In this document: positions 37,387 through 51,953 of the stretch, in pieces | Numbering within the stretch: position 1 is the first letter of the stretch | Layout of the letters: the number at the start of each line of letters is the position of its first letter | Assembly (NCBI GenBank): GCA_964016885.1 | Contig: OZ024741.1 | Coordinates: 23,064,001 to 23,128,000, forward strand | Direction: 5' to 3' | Length of the DNA stretch: 64,000 bases | Source: Eledone cirrhosa | Taxonomy: Eukaryota | Program-made: the position numbers and the translations under genes | Notes under the pieces: model-generated | What the model was told of the DNA's origin: nothing | What the model saw: only the letters and a program-made list of their open reading frames with translations | Database searches by the model: none

Positions 37387-40300
37387 GTTTCTTTAAACAA
37401 TTCTTCACAATTGAATAACAGAAAGTAATTAATAGATATATCAGCGCCACCGTTTGGTGACCTAACTGTTAGTAAATGTTTGAGCTACTGGTTTGTTAAG
37501 GTATGTAAACAATCTACCTACTTAGCTGTGACATACTGTGTCCTCATTGTTTACCTGCCTATATATAACCACCGTAAACTGTTGCCGGCGATAGGATTCC
37601 ATATTATTACACAAACTTAATTGTATTTGTTGAAAATAGTAAATATACATTTAAGTGTTCATTTTGAATAAATAATAAAATATAGTTCATAATTTATTAT
37701 TTTTCTATTATGTATATCATTTAAATGGGTTTTAGAAAAACCAGGTGAATTGAATTACCTGAGAGCAGAATTTATATATTTACATAAACTATTCAGTGGA
37801 AATAACTAGCTACACATTTTATCTATTTCTGCCATTTACAATCTTATACATCACAGGTAATAAAATTAACAGAAAATAACACTTAACTATTGTTGAAAAT
37901 GTTACCTGACGGGGTCGATAAAATAAAGCACCAGTAATGTACTGGACCGATTTAATCGACTTTCCCCTCCTCCAAAATTACTGGCCTTGTGCCTATACTA
38001 GAAACCATTATTATTATACATTCTGAGTTCAAATCCTGCTGAGGTTAGCTTTGGCTTTCATCCTTACGGGGGGGGGGGGGGGGTCGCTAAAATAAAGTAC
38101 CAGTAATACAATGGGTCGATTTCGTCTAATTTCCCCTCCCCAATTGTTGGCCTTCTGTCTAAATCAGAAACCACTATTATGAAAATAACTAATGATTTAT
38201 TTTTACAATTAATGCAGGATTATTAAAAATTAAAGTTATTTAAAAAAAATATATTTTAGATATAAAATAATCTTTGGTTGTAATATTTGTTTTCAACAAT
38301 CCTGTTGAATATTTACAAGATGTTTTAAGACAATCTGAGATTTTAATACATAATTTGAATTTTTTTAATTAATATATTTAACCATTTAGTTACCAACCTG
38401 ACCAAATCCAGTTCTGGTTCTATGAAATAAAACCACCTATTTTAAAGGTTTCCAATTTAAATTAAAATCTCCCAATATAATTTTATATATACCTTACATT
38501 AAGTTACCAAAAAACTATTTTATTCTATGCAGAAATAAATCATGTAAATACAATTTAATAGAAAAAGAAAAAAAAAATAGATTGAGAAGAAAGAATGGAA
38601 TGTAAAATAAGAAAATATAAAAAAGAAACGGAAAAGGCAAAGGCTCTAGTATCACAAAAGAATGTGGTGGGGGAGGGTGATGAGCTCTGGGCCTAGGGTG
38701 CTGTGGACAAGATCTACGTTACTATCTTAGTAATTAAATAATTAAGTTACTATGTTAGTAATGATATAATACTTTTAGTAAATCCTTCTAAATTTTTCAT
38801 TAATGAAATAATACTTTTAGTAAATCCCTCAAAGTTATTCATTAATTAATTAAAATAAAGTGTATTTCATTATAAATGTGGTCATGAAAGGGTTAAAAAT
38901 TGTATTTTATTCATAAAAACTTTTGAAAAATAAATATGGATGAAAACATTTTAGAATTCATTTTCAAACTTTTTTTATTTTTATTTCAACACTGGATAAG
39001 TTGTAGCACATACATTGCTTCTTACTGAATGGTGCATAACACCTTGCTAAGTTTTCTAATAGGAATGAAGTCAATGTTTTTGTTACCAAAATAACACTTG
39101 ATTATCATATAAACATTATTCTCCTACCCTTTTTATGGTACTGACTTTTCATTCATTGTGGATATATTTTTGTTAGATTTTACACTTAGCTTATTGTAAT
39201 CTAATGCTACCTCAATAGCATCCCTAGCTTTTTGGTTTTCTGCAGCAGCCAGTCCTGATCATTCTCACAATCTGTTCCCCTGTTAAAAAGGGGTTTCTAA
39301 AAGTAGGACATAACTGCATAAAGTAGAACTATATATAACTTAGCATTATGCTTTCGGCTCCCATCTCTTCATAATGTTTGGGCTCCCATCTCTTCGTTAT
39401 GTTTTTGCTATAAAATGAATATTTTGTTTATATACTATATGCTGGGTTGGTATCTGCTTTATAACCATCTAATGGTATTAACCCTTTCAATACCAACTTG
39501 CTCTCAAGCCACTTCTGGTGATATGAAATAAAACCAGTAATTTTAAAGGGTTCTCATTTAAATTTTCCAACATAATTTTATATAAGAATCTTGTTATGTT
39601 ACAAATACCATTCCAATAATGGAATAATTAATGATTTTAGCCTTCAACTGCAGCTTCCTTCCACTGGAAACTTCTGGAACAACTTCACCTAACAATCATT
39701 ATCCATATGTATCACATGTTGATACCAGTGCAGTCTTCTCATGTGAAAACTACATTTAATTCCTTATTCCCAGTTTTTCCTCTCAGTTCATACATATTAA
39801 CATCACACATCCCTCCTATCATGCCCACTTCCGATTGCTGGATGTCCTTCCTGACATCAACCTCTTTACAGAGTGAACTGAGTGCATTTCATCACTGCTC
39901 TAGATGAGATCTGCAGCTTGGACACCAAAACTAAGAAGAAACTGACCCCGACTGGTAACTTCCAAATCAACAGTGACACAGACAGGATCTATGTTAAACA
40001 GAGAGGTGAGTGTAAAGTAATGAAATCAGTTGAGACAGGCTCTGAGTTGTCACATCATATCACTGAGACAACAACTAAACACTAAGAGGAAGGAATACAT
40101 TATATGTGTAATTAGAAGATTCTTGAGAGTGGACGAGAAACTTTTGAACAATTCATAGTTGTATAAATATACTTTAGTTGTAGAAATGACATCCAAACGA
40201 GTATCCTCTGCCACCAACTAACTTGTCCTCTGCCTCCAACAGGATGGAGAATACATTGCTTCGGAGGACAGTGGGGGAGATGTACTGAAACAGCCACTTC

Positions 40301-40579
40301 ACCTCACAGGGCTCACACTTGCAGGCGGCCAACACAATTGAATATAAAGCTGTTCCTACATCCCAAGGTTAGCTGGACTAACTCATTTAAATAGAAACTT
40401 ATAGGAGAACCACTCATCATACCAACAGAAAGTAATGTGTGGGTACAAATTATGTAAGAGAATACTAATAACATTGACAGGAAGAGTAACCTGTGTTAGA
40501 ACCTGTGATAGATACATTACATCCCAGTTATTTGTCAACAAAAGACAGTGACCTGATCAATAAGATAGATAAGCAAGAA

Positions 40580-40975
40580 TAGAGAGAAGAGGTCCCCTTA
40601 ACGAAGTGTAGAGCTGACCAGGTCCACCAGAGCTTTCCATCACTGGCAATTCCATGCCAGCTCCTCTGCATCCTCCAAGGTGATGTCAAACCTCTGATCA
40701 TCTCTAATGACATCCAGCCATCTTGTGTGGGACCTGCCACATGGCCTCTTCCAGCCTGCAGCCATTGTGTTAAACAAGGGTAAGGCCCTGGTAGGATGAT
40801 CTGGTGGAAAGCTGAGGACATGCCTGTATCAGCACATGTGGCAGATAGCTATGAGGTGGGAAGCTGTGGGCTGACACATGCGGCCACACAACACTTTGTT
40901 GCAAATGTCATCTGATGTCTTCGATGGACCTCAGGGTCTGCTGTCGAAGCTGTCGATCCTCTTTGCGAGGGTCTT
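40580..40975 (-). mobile_element. RTE-like LINE 3' fragment (another family)
   Basis: GC-richer segment with frameshifted W.RPCGR.HTRWLDVI.DD motif typical of RTE C-termini. Confidence 0.6.
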
Positions 40976-41640
40976 TCTATAAAAACATTAAGCTTTGGAT
41001 AAGGATACCTCAGACCTTTAATGTTTTTATAGAAAATGTCAATTGGATCATACCACAGTAGATGTCACCCTTAGCAACAGCAGTTACTTCAAAATGTCTG
41101 GAAGGTAACTAAATTAAATTCTCATGAGACATGACACAGTTGCCATAACTATTTATCATGCTAACTACAGGAAGGCTTGCCATAATAGTTATACCAAAGA
41201 CACACCAGAATAAATCTATATCTTTAGAAATAAGGAATATTGGTGAAATGCTCCAATAAAAACAGGCAATCCTATGCAAACACAACAAACCTTAATTCTA
41301 TGAGAGAGAGTACAAAGGTGATGAAATATTGTAGAGATGGGCAGCCCAGTGGATGTGATCACATCATCTAAAGTTGAGGAGGGTAAAGAGAACTAGTGTA
41401 AACTAATGGCAGAAGTTATAACTCTTATATCTTAACTACAGATTCTCATATGTACCTATTATCAGAGATGCACTGAGCTATATAAACTGAGATTTGTATG
41501 GATGTCTGTAGATGGAGTTTTTCAAGAAAGAACAAAGCAAACTGACTCACATCCTCCTAATCCAAATGTCTAGTGGTATAGTGAAGATTTGCAAGATATT
41601 TCCAAAGATCCTCCATATGACACACACACACACACACACG

Positions 41641-44600
41641 TTCAGAATAGGGGTGTAGTGTGAGGAAGGGGTGAGAGGTACAGTTTAGAATAGGGGTGTA
41701 GTGCGAGGAAGGGGTGAGAGGTACAGTTTAGAATAGGGGTGTAGTGTGAGGAAGGGGTGATAGGTACAGTTTAGAATAGGGGTTTAGTGAGAGGAAGGGG
41801 TGAGAGGTAGTTTAGAATAGGGGTGTAGTGTGAGGAAGGGGTGAGAGGTAGTTTAGAATAGGGGTGTAGTCCGAGGAAGGGGTGAGAGGTACAGTTTAGA
41901 ATAGGGGTGTAGTGTGAGGAAGGGGTGAGAGGTAGTTTAGAATAGGGGTGTAGTGTGAGGAAGGGGTGATAGGTACAGTTTAGAATAGGGGTTTAGTGAG
42001 AGGAAGGGGTGAGAGGTAGTTTAGAATAGGGGTGTAATGTGAGGAAGGGGTGAGAGGTAGTTTAGAATAGGGGTGTAGTCCGAGGAAGGGGTGAGAGGTA
42101 CAGTTTAGAATAGGGGTGTAGTGTGAGGAAGGGGTGAGAGGTACAGTTTAGAATAGGGGTTTAGTGAGAGGAAGGGGTGAGAGGTAGTTTAGAATAGGGG
42201 TGTAGTGTGAGGAAGGGGTGAGAGGTAGTTTAGAATAGGGGTGTAGTCCGAGGAAGGGGTGAGAGGTACAGTTTAGAATAGGGGTGTAGTGTGAGGAAGG
42301 GGTGAGAGGTAGTTTAGAATAGGGGTGTAGTGTGAGGAAGGGGTGAGAGGTAGTTTAGAATAGGGGTGTAGTCCGAGGAAGGGGTGAGAGGTACAGTTTA
42401 GAATAGGGGTGTAGTGTGAGGAAGGGGTGAGAGGTAGTTTAGAATAGGGGTGTAGTGCGAGGAAGGGGTGATAGGTACAGTTTAGAATAGGGGTGTAGTG
42501 TGAGGAAGGGGTGAGAGGTACAGTTTAGAATAGGGGTGTAGTGCGAGGAAGGGGTGAGAGGTAGTTTAGAATAGGGGTGTAGTGTGAGGAAGGGGTGAGA
42601 GGTACAGTTTAGAATAGGGGTGTAGTGTGAGGAAGGGGTGAGAGGTAGTTTAGAATAGGGGTGTAGTCCGAGGAAGGGGTGAGAGGTACAGTTTAGAATA
42701 GGGGTTTAGTGTGAGGAAGGGGTGAGAGGTAGTTTAGAATAGGGGTGTAGTCCGAGGAAGGGGTGAGAGGTACAGTTTAGAATAGGGGTGTAGTGTGAGG
42801 AAGGGGTGATAGGTACAGTTTAGAATAGGGGTTTAGTGAGAGGAAGGGGTGAGAGGTAGTTTAGAATAGGGGTGTAGTGTGAGGAAGGGGTGAGAGGTAG
42901 TTTAGAATAGGGGTGTAGTCCGAGGAAGGGGTGAGAGGTACAGTTTAGAATAGGGGTGTAGTGCGAGGAAGGGGTGAGAGGTAGTTTAGAATAGGGGTGT
43001 AGTGTGAGGAAGGGGTGAGAGGTACAGTTTAGAATAGGGGTGTAGTGCGAGGAAGGGGTGAGAGGTAGTTTAGAATAGGGGTGTAGTGTGAGGAAGGGGT
43101 GAGAGGTACAGTTTAGAATAGGGGTGTAGTGTGAGGAAGGGGTGAGAGGTACAGTTTAGAATAGGGGTGTAGTGTGAGGAAGGGGTGATAGGTACAGTTT
43201 AGAATAGGGGTGTAGTGCGAGGAAGGGGTGAGAGGTAGTTTAGAATAGGGGTGTAGTGTGAGGAAGGGGTGAGAGGTACAGTTTAGAATAGGGGTGTAGT
43301 GTGAGGAAGGGGTGAGAGGTAGTTTAGAATAGGGGTGTAGTGCGAGGAAGGGGTGATAGGTACAGTTTAGAATAGGGGTGTAGTGTGAGGAAGGGGTGAT
43401 AGGTACAGTTTAGAATAGGGGTGTAGTGCGAGGAAGGGGTGAGAGGTACAGTTTAGAATAGGGGTTTAGTGAGAGGAAGGGGTGAGAGGTAGTTTAGAAT
43501 AGGGATGTAGTGTGAGGAAGGGGTGATAGGTACAGTTTAGAATAGGGGTGTAGTGTGAGGAAGGGGTGAGAGGTACAGTTTAGAATAGGGGTGTAGTGTG
43601 AGGAAGGGGTGAGAGGTACAGTTTAGAATAGGGGTTTAGTGTGAGGAAGGGGTGAGAGGTACAGTTTAGAATAGGGGTGTAGTGTGAGGAAGGGGTGAGA
43701 GGTAGTTTAGAATAGGGGTGTAGTGTGAGGAAGGGGTGATAGGTACAGTTTAGAATAGGGGTTTAGTGAGAGGAAGGGGTGAGAGGTAGTTTAGAATAGG
43801 GATGTAGTGTGAGGAAGGGGTGATAGGTACAGTTTAGAATAGGGGTGTAGTGCGAGGAAGGGGTGAGAGGTACAGTTTAGAATAGGGGTGTAGTGTGAGA
43901 AAGGGGTGAGAGGTACAGTTTAGAATAGGGGTGTAGTGTGAGGAAGGGGTGAGAGGTAGTTTAGAATAGGGGTGTAGTGTGAGGAAGGGGTGATAGGTAC
44001 AGTTTAGAATAGGGGTTTAGTGAGAGGAAGGGGTGAGAGGTAGTTTAGAATAGGGATGTAGTGTGAGGAAGGGGTGATAGGTACAGTTTAGAATAGGGGT
44101 GTAGTGCGAGGAAGGGGTGAGAGGTACAGTTTAGAATAGGGGTGTAGTGTGAGAAAGGGGTGAGAGGTACAGTTTAGAATAGGGGTGTAGTGTGAGGAAG
44201 GGGTGAGAGGTAGTTTAGAATAGGGGTGTAGTGCGAGGAAGGGGTGAGAGGTAGTTTAGAATAGGGGTGTAGTGTGAGGAAGGGGTGAGAGGTACAGTTT
44301 AGAATAGGGGTGTAGTGCGAGGAAGGGGTGAGAGGTAGTTTAGAATAGGGGTTTAGTGAGAGGAAGGGGTGATAGGTACAGTTTAGAATAGGGGTTTAGT
44401 GAGAGGAAGGGGTGAGAGGTACAGTTCAGAATAGGGGTGTAGTGCGAGGAAGGGGTGAGAGGTAGTTTAGAATAGGGGTGTAGTGCGAGGAAGGGGTGAT
44501 AGGTACAGTTTAGAATAGGGGTGTAGTGTGAGGAAGGGGTGAGAGGTAGTTTAGAATAGGGGTGTAGTGCGAGGAAGGGGTGAGAGGTAGTTTAGAATAG

Positions 44601-47600
44601 GGGTGTAGTGCGAGGAAGGGGTGAGAGGTAGTTTAGAATAGGGGTGTAGTGCGAGGAAGGGGTGAGAGGTAGTTTAGAATAGGGGTTTAGTGAGAGGAAG
44701 GGGTGATAGGTACAGTTTAGAATAGGGGTTTAGTGAGAGGAAGGGGTGAGAGGTACAGTTCAGAATAGGGGTGTAGTGCGAGGAAGGGGTGAGAGGTAGT
44801 TTAGAATAGGGGTGTAGTGTGAGGAAGGGGTGATAGGTACAGTTTAGAATAGGGGTTTAGTGTGAGGAAGGGGTGAGAGGTAGTTTAGAATAGGGGTGTA
44901 GTGCGAGGAAGGGGTGAGAGGTACAGTTTAGAATAGGGGTGTAGTGCGAGGAAGGGGTGAGAGGTAGTTTAGAATAGGGGTGTAGTGCGAGGAAGGGGTG
45001 ATAGGTACAGTTTAGAATAGGGGTGTAGTGTGAGGAAGGGGTGAGAGGTAGTTTAGAATAGGGGTGTAGTGCGAGGAAGGGGTGAGAGGTAGTTTAGAAT
45101 AGGGGTGTAGTGCGAGGAAGGGGTGAGAGGTAGTTTAGAATAGGGGTGTAGTGCGAGGAAGGGGTGAGAGGTAGTTTAGAATAGGGGTGTAGTGTGAGGA
45201 AGGGGTGAGGTAGTTTAGAATAGGGGTGTAGTGCGAGGAAGGGGTGAGAGGTAGTTTAGAATAGGGGTGTAGTGTGAGGAAGGGGTGATATGTACAGTTT
45301 AGAATAGGGGTGTAGTGTGAGGAAGGGGTGATAGGTACAGTTTAGAATAGGGGTGTAGTGTGAGGAAGGGGTGAGAGGTAGTTTAGAATAGGGGTGTAGT
45401 GTGAGGAAGGGGTGATAGGTACAGTTTAGAATAGGGGTTTAGTGAGAGGAAGGGGTGAGAGGTAGTTTAGAATAGGGGTGTAGTGTGAGGAAGGGGTGAT
45501 AGGTACAGTTGAGAATAGGGGTGTAGTGTGAGGAAGGGGTGAGAGGTACAGTTTAGAATAGGGGTGTAGTGTGAGGAAGGGGTGATAGGTACAGTTGAGA
45601 ATAGGGGTGTAGTGTGAGGAAGGGGTGAGAGGTACAGTTTAGAATAGGGGTGTAGTGTGAGGAAGGGGTGATAGGTACAGTTGAGAATAGGGGTGTAGTG
45701 TGAGGAAGGGGTGAGAGGTACAGTTTAGAATAGGGGTGTAGTGTGAGGAAGGGGTGATAGGTACAGTTTAGAATAGGGGTGTAGTGTGAGGAAGGGGTGA
45801 GAGGTACAGTTTAGAATAGGGGTTTAGTGTGAGGAAGGGGTGAGAGGTACAGTTTAGAATAGGGGTGTAGTGTGAGGAAGGGGTGATAGGTACAGTTTAG
45901 AATAGGGGTGTAGTGTGAGGAAGGGGTGAGAGGTACAGTTTAGAATAGGGGTGTAGTGTGAGGAAGGGGTGATAGGTACAGTTTAGAATAGGGGTGTAGT
46001 GTGAGGAAGGGGTGATAGGTACAGTTTAGAATAGGGGTGTAGTGTGAGGAAGGGGTGATAGGTACAGTTTAGAATAGGGGTGTAGTGTGAGGAAGGGGTG
46101 AGAGGTACAGTTTAGAATAGGGGTGTAGTGTGAGGAAGGGGTGAGAGGTACAGTTTAGAATAGGGGTGTAGTGTGAGGAAGGGGTGATAGGTACAGTTGA
46201 GAATAGGGGTGTAGTGTGAGGAAGGGGTGAGAGGTACAGTTTAGAATAGGGGTTTAGTGCGAGGAAGGGGTGAGAGGTAGTTTAGAATAGGGGTGTAGTG
46301 TGAGGAAGGGGTGATAGGTACAGTTGAGAATAGGGGTGTAGTGTGAGGAAGGGGTGATAGGTACAGTTTAGAATAGGGGTTTAGTGCGAGGGAGGGGTGA
46401 GAGGTAGTTTAGAATAGGGGTGTAGTGTGAGGAAGGGGTGATAGGTACAGTTTAGAATAGGGGTTTAATGCGAGGAAGGGGTGAGAGGTACAGTTTAGAA
46501 TAGGGGTGTAGTGCGAGGAAGGGGTGATAGGTAGTTTAGAATAGGGGTGTAGTGTGAGGAAGGGGTGATAGGTACAGTTTAGAATAGGGGTGTAGTGCGA
46601 GGAAGGGGTGAGAGGTAGTTTAGAATAGGGGTGTAGTGTGAGGAAGGGGTGATAGGTACAGTTTAGAATAGGGGTGTAGTGCGAGGAAGGGGTGATAGGT
46701 ACAGTTTAGAATAGGGGTGTAGTGCGAGGAAGGGGTGAGAGGTAGTTTAGAATAGGGGTGTAGTGTGAGGAAGGGGTGAGAGGTACAGTTTAGAATAGGG
46801 GTGTAGTGTGAGGAAGGGGTGAGAGGTACAGTTTAGAATAGGGGTGTAGTGCGAGGAAGGGGTGAGAGGTACAGTTTAGAATAGGGGTGTAGTGTGAGGA
46901 AGGGGTGAGAGGTACAGTTTAGAATAGGGGTGTAGTGAGAGGAAGGGGTGAGAGGTACAGTTTAGAATAGGGGTGTAGTGCGAGGAAGGGGTGAGAGGTA
47001 GTTTAGAATAGGGGTGTAGTGTGAGGAAGGGGTGATAGGTACAGTTTAGAATAGGGGTGTAGTGCGAGGAAGGGGTGAGAGGTACAGTTTAGAATAGGGG
47101 TGTAGTGCGAGGAAGGGGTGAGAGGTACAGTTTAGAATAGGGGTGTAGTGCGAGGAAGGGGTGATAGGTACAGTTTAGAATAGGGGTGTAGTGCGAGGAA
47201 GGGGTGATAGGTACAGTTTAGAATAGGGGTGTAGTGCGAGGAAGGGGTGAGAGGTACAGTTTAGAATAGGGGTGTAGTGTGAGGAAGGGGTGATAGGTAC
47301 AGTTTAGAATAGGGGTGTAGTGCGAGGAAGGGGTGATAGGTACAGTTTAGAATAGGGGTGTCGTGCGAGGAATGGGTGAGAGGTAGTTTAGAATAGGGGT
47401 GTAGTGTGAGGAAGGGGTGAGAGGTACAGTTTAGAATAGGGGTGTAGTGTGAGGAAGGGGTGAGAGGTACAGTTTAGAATAGGGGTGTAGTGCGAGGAAG
47501 GGGTGAGAGGTACAGTTTAGAATAGGGGTGTAGTGTGAGGAAGGGGTGAGAGGTACAGTTTAGAATAGGGGTGTAGTGAGAGGAAGGGGTGAGAGGTACA

Positions 47601-50600
47601 GTTTAGAATAGGGGTTTAGTGAGAGGAAGGGGTGATAGGTACAGTTTAGAATAGGGGTGTAGTGCGAGGAAGGGGTGATAGGTACAGTTTAGAATAGGGG
47701 TGTAGTGCGAGGAAGGGGTGAGAGGTAGTTTAGAATAGGGGTGTAGTGTGAGGAAGGGGTGATAGGTACAGTTTAGAATAGGGGTGTAGTGCGAGGAAGG
47801 GGTGAGTGGTACAGTTTAGAATAGGGGTGTAGTGCGAGGAAGGGGTGAGAGGTACAGTTTAGAATAGGGGTTTAGTGCGAGGAAGGGGTGAGAGGTAGTT
47901 TAGAATAGGGGTGTAGTGCGAGGAAGGGGTGATAGGTACAGTTTAGAATAGGGGTTTAGTGCGAGGAAGGGGTGAGAGGTAGTTTAGAATAGGGGTGTAG
48001 TGCGAGGAAGGGGTGATAGGTACAGTTTAGAATAGGGGTTTAATGCGAGGAAGGGGTGAGAGGTAGTTTAGAATAGGGGTGTAGTGCGAGGAAGGGGTGA
48101 TAGGTACAGTTTAGAATAGGGGTGTAGTGCGAGGAAGGGGTGAGAGGTAGTTTAGAATAGGGGTGTAGTGCGAGGAAGGGGTGATAGGTACAGTTTAGAA
48201 TAGGGGTGTAGTGCGAGGAAGGGGTGAGAGGTAGTTTAGAATAGGGGTGTAGTGTGAGGAAGGGGTGATAGGTACAGTTTAGAATAGGGGTGTAGTGCGA
48301 GGAAGGGGTGAGTGGTACAGTTTAGAATAGGGGTGTAGTGCGAGGAAGGGGTGAGAGGTACAGTTTAGAATAGGGGTTTAGTGCGAGGAAGGGGTGAGAG
48401 GTAGTTTAGAATAGGGGTGTAGTGCGAGGAAGGGGTGATAGGTACAGTTTAGAATAGGGGTTTAGTGCGAGGAAGGGGTGAGAGGTAGTTTAGAATAGGG
48501 GTGTAGTGCGAGGAAGGGGTGATAGGTACAGTTTAGAATAGGGGTGTAGTGTGAGGAAGGGGTGAGAGGTAGTTTAGAATAGGGGTGTAGTGCGAGGAAG
48601 GGGTGAAAGGTAGTTTAGAATAGGGGTGTAGTGTGAGGAAGGGGTGAGAGGTAGTTTAGAATAGGGGTGTAGTGCGAGGAAGGGGTGAAAGGTAGTTTAG
48701 AATAGGGGTGTAGTGTGAGGAAGGGGTGAGAGGTACAGTTTAGAATAGGGGTGTAGTGTGAGAAAGGGGTGAGAGGTACAGTTTAGAATAGGGGTGTAGT
48801 GTGAGGAAGGGGTGAGAGGTAGTTTAGAATAGGGGTGTAGTGCGAGGAAGGGGTGAGAGGTACAGTTTAGAATAGGGGTGTAGTGTGAGGAAGGGGTGAG
48901 AGGTAGTTTAGAATAGGGGTGTAGTGCGAGGAAGGGGTGAGAGGTAGTTTAGAATAGGGGTGTAGTGTGAGGAAGGGGTGAGAGGTAGTTTAGAATAGGG
49001 GTGTAGTGCGAGGAAGGGGTGAGAGGTAGTTTAGAATAGGGGTGTAGTGCGAGGAAGGGGTGAGAGGTAGTTTAGAATAGGGGTGTAGTGAGAGGAAGGG
49101 GTGAGAGGTAGTTTAGAATAGGGGTGTAGTGAGAGGAAGGGGTGAGAGGTACAGTTTAGAATAGGGGTTTAGTGAGAGGAAGAGGTGAGAGGTAGTTTAG
49201 AATAGGGGTGTAGTGTGAGGAAGGGGTGAGAGGTAGTTTAGAATAGGGGTGTAGTGCGAGGAAGGGGTGAGAGGTAGTTTAGAATAGGGGTGTAGTGTGA
49301 GGAAGGGGTGAGAGGTACAGTTTAGAATAGGGGTGTAGTGTGAGGAAGGGGTGAGAGGTAGTTTAGAATAGGGGTGTAGTGCGAGGAAGGGGTGAGAGGT
49401 AGTTTAGAATAGGGGTGTAGTGCGAGGAAGGGGTGAGAGGTAGTTTAGAATAGGGGTGTAGTGAGAGGAAGGGGTGAGAGGTAGTTTAGAATAGGGGTGT
49501 AGTGAGAGGAAGGGGTGAGAGGTACAGTTTAGAATAGGGGTTTAGTGAGAGGAAGAGGTGAGAGGTAGTTTAGAATAGGGGTGTAGTGTGAGGAAGGGGT
49601 GAGAGGTAGTTTAGAATAGGGGTGTAGTGCGAGGAAGGGGTGAGAGGTAGTTTAGAATAGGGGTGTAGTGTGAGGAAGGGGTGAGAGGTACAGTTTAGAA
49701 TAGGGGTGTAGTGTGAGGAAGGGGTGATAGGTACAGTTTAGAATAGGGGTGTAGTGCGAGGAAGGGGTGAGAGGTACAGTTTAGAATAGGGGTGTAGTGC
49801 GAGGAAGGGGTGAGAGGTACAGTTTAGAATAGGGGTGTAGTGTGAGGAAGGGGTGAGAGGTACAGTTTAGAATAGGGGTGTAGTGCGAGGAAGGGGTGAG
49901 AGGTAGTTTAGAATAGGGGTGTAGTGAGAGGAAGGGGTGATAGGTACAGTTTAGAATAGGGGTGTAGTGTGAGGAAGGGGTGAGAGGTACAGTTTAGAAT
50001 AGGGGTGTAGTGCGAGGAAGGGGTGATAGGTACAGTTTAGAATAGGGGTGTAGTGTGAGGAAGGGGTGAGAGGTACAGTTTAGAATAGGGGTGTAGTGCG
50101 AGGAAGGGGTGAGAGGTAGTTTAGAATAGGGGTGTAGTGAGAGGAAGGGGTGATAGGTACAGTTTAGAATAGGGGTGTAGTGCGAGGAAGGGGTGAGAGG
50201 TACAGTTTAGAATAGGGGTGTAGTGTGAGGAAGGGGTGAGAGGTACAGTTTAGAATAGGGGTGTAGTGTGAGGAAGGGGTGAGAGGTACAGTTTAGAATA
50301 GGGGTGTAGTGCGAGGAAGGGGTGATAGGTACAGTTTAGAATAGGGGTGTAGTGCGAGGAAGGGGTGAGAGGTACAGTTTAGAATAGGGGTGTAGTGTGA
50401 GGAAGGGGTGAGAGGTACAGTTTAGAATAGGGGTGTAGTGCGAGGAAGGGGTGAGAGGTACAGTTTAGAATAGGGGTGTAGTGTGAGGAAGGGGTGATAG
50501 GTACAGTTTAGAATAGGGGTGTAGTGTGAGGAAGGGGTGAGAGGTACAGTTTAGAATAGGGGTGTAGTGTGAGGAAGGGGTGAGAGGTACAGTTTAGAAT

Positions 50601-51446
50601 AGGGGTGTAGTGTGAGGAAGGGGTGAGAGGTACAGTTTAGAATAGGGGTGTAGTGCGAGGAAGGGGTGAGAGGTACAGTTTAGAATAGGGGTGTAGTGCG
50701 AGGAAGGGGTGATAGGTACAGTTTAGAATAGGGGTGTAGTGCGAGGAAGGGGTGAGAGGTACAGTTTAGAATAGGGGTGTAGTGTGAGGAAGGGGTGAGA
50801 GGTACAGTTTAGAATAGGGGTGTAGTGTGAGGAAGGGGTGAGAGGTACAGTTTAGAATAGGGGTGTAGTGTGAGGAAGGGGTGATAGGTACAGTTTAGAA
50901 TAGGGGTGTAGTGCGAGGAAGGGGTGAGAGGTACAGTTTAGAATAGGGGTTTAGTGAGAGGAAGGGGTGATAGGTACAGTTTAGAATAGGGGTGTAGTGC
51001 GAGGAAGGGGTGATAGGTACAGTTTAGAATAGGGGTGTAGTGTGAGGAAGGGGTGATAGGTAGTTTAGAATAGGGGTGTAGTGAGAGGAAGGGGTGAGAG
51101 GTACAGTTTAGAATAGGGGTGTAGTGTGAGGAAGGGGTGAGAGGTACAGTTTAGAATAGGGGTGTAGTGTGAGGAAGGGGTGAGAGGTACAGTTGAGAAT
51201 AGGGGTGTAGTGTGAGGAAGGGGTGAGAGGTAGTTTAGAATAGGGGTGTAGTGCGAGGAAGGGGTGAGAGGTACAGTTTAGAATAGGGGTGTAGTGTGAG
51301 GAAGGGGTGAGAGGTACAGTTTAGAATAGGGGTGTAGTGCGAGGAAGGGGTGAGAGGTACAGTTTAGAATAGGGGTGTAGTGCGAGGAAGGTGTGAGAGG
51401 TAGTTTAGAATAGGGGTGTAGTGTGAGGAAGGGCACAGTTTAGAAA
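41641..51446. repeat. 9.8-kb G-rich 41/43-bp satellite array (~230 copies)
   Basis: Unit AGTTTAGAATAGGGGTGTAGTGTGAGGAAGGGGTGAGAGGT(AC), highly homogeneous, two G4 tracts per unit. Confidence 0.98.
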
Positions 51447-51699
51447 ATATGTAATGTGAGAATGGAATGGGAAGTAGAGTTGCTTTGATGAAATCATCAA
51501 TGTCCTACTTCTGTCTGGTCAACATAGATTCCCACACTGTCATTAATACAGATACTTGGATAGATTTAAAACTTTTACTCTCAACAATCAATAAACAATT
51601 GACAGACGGATACTTTAAAATGCATTACATATACTCATATATAAATGTAGACACATATATTTCAATGTTATTGAAAAACAACAACAACAAAAAAAAAAC

Positions 51700-51915
51700 A
51701 AACGATGATTATCTTCCTCTACCATTGTGACTGAACGGCAAAAACCTATGACACTGGCTTCTACTGCTGTTCCTGTGGAAGAACATCAGAAACAACAACC
51801 CATGTCTTCCGCTCCCAGTACATCTCGACACCAACAACCGGCGACTGTGTCTTCCCCTACTACTTCCGAGGAGGAGGAGGAACAACAACAACAGCAACAG
51901 CAACAGCAACAGCAG

Positions 51916-51953
<38 letters not shown>

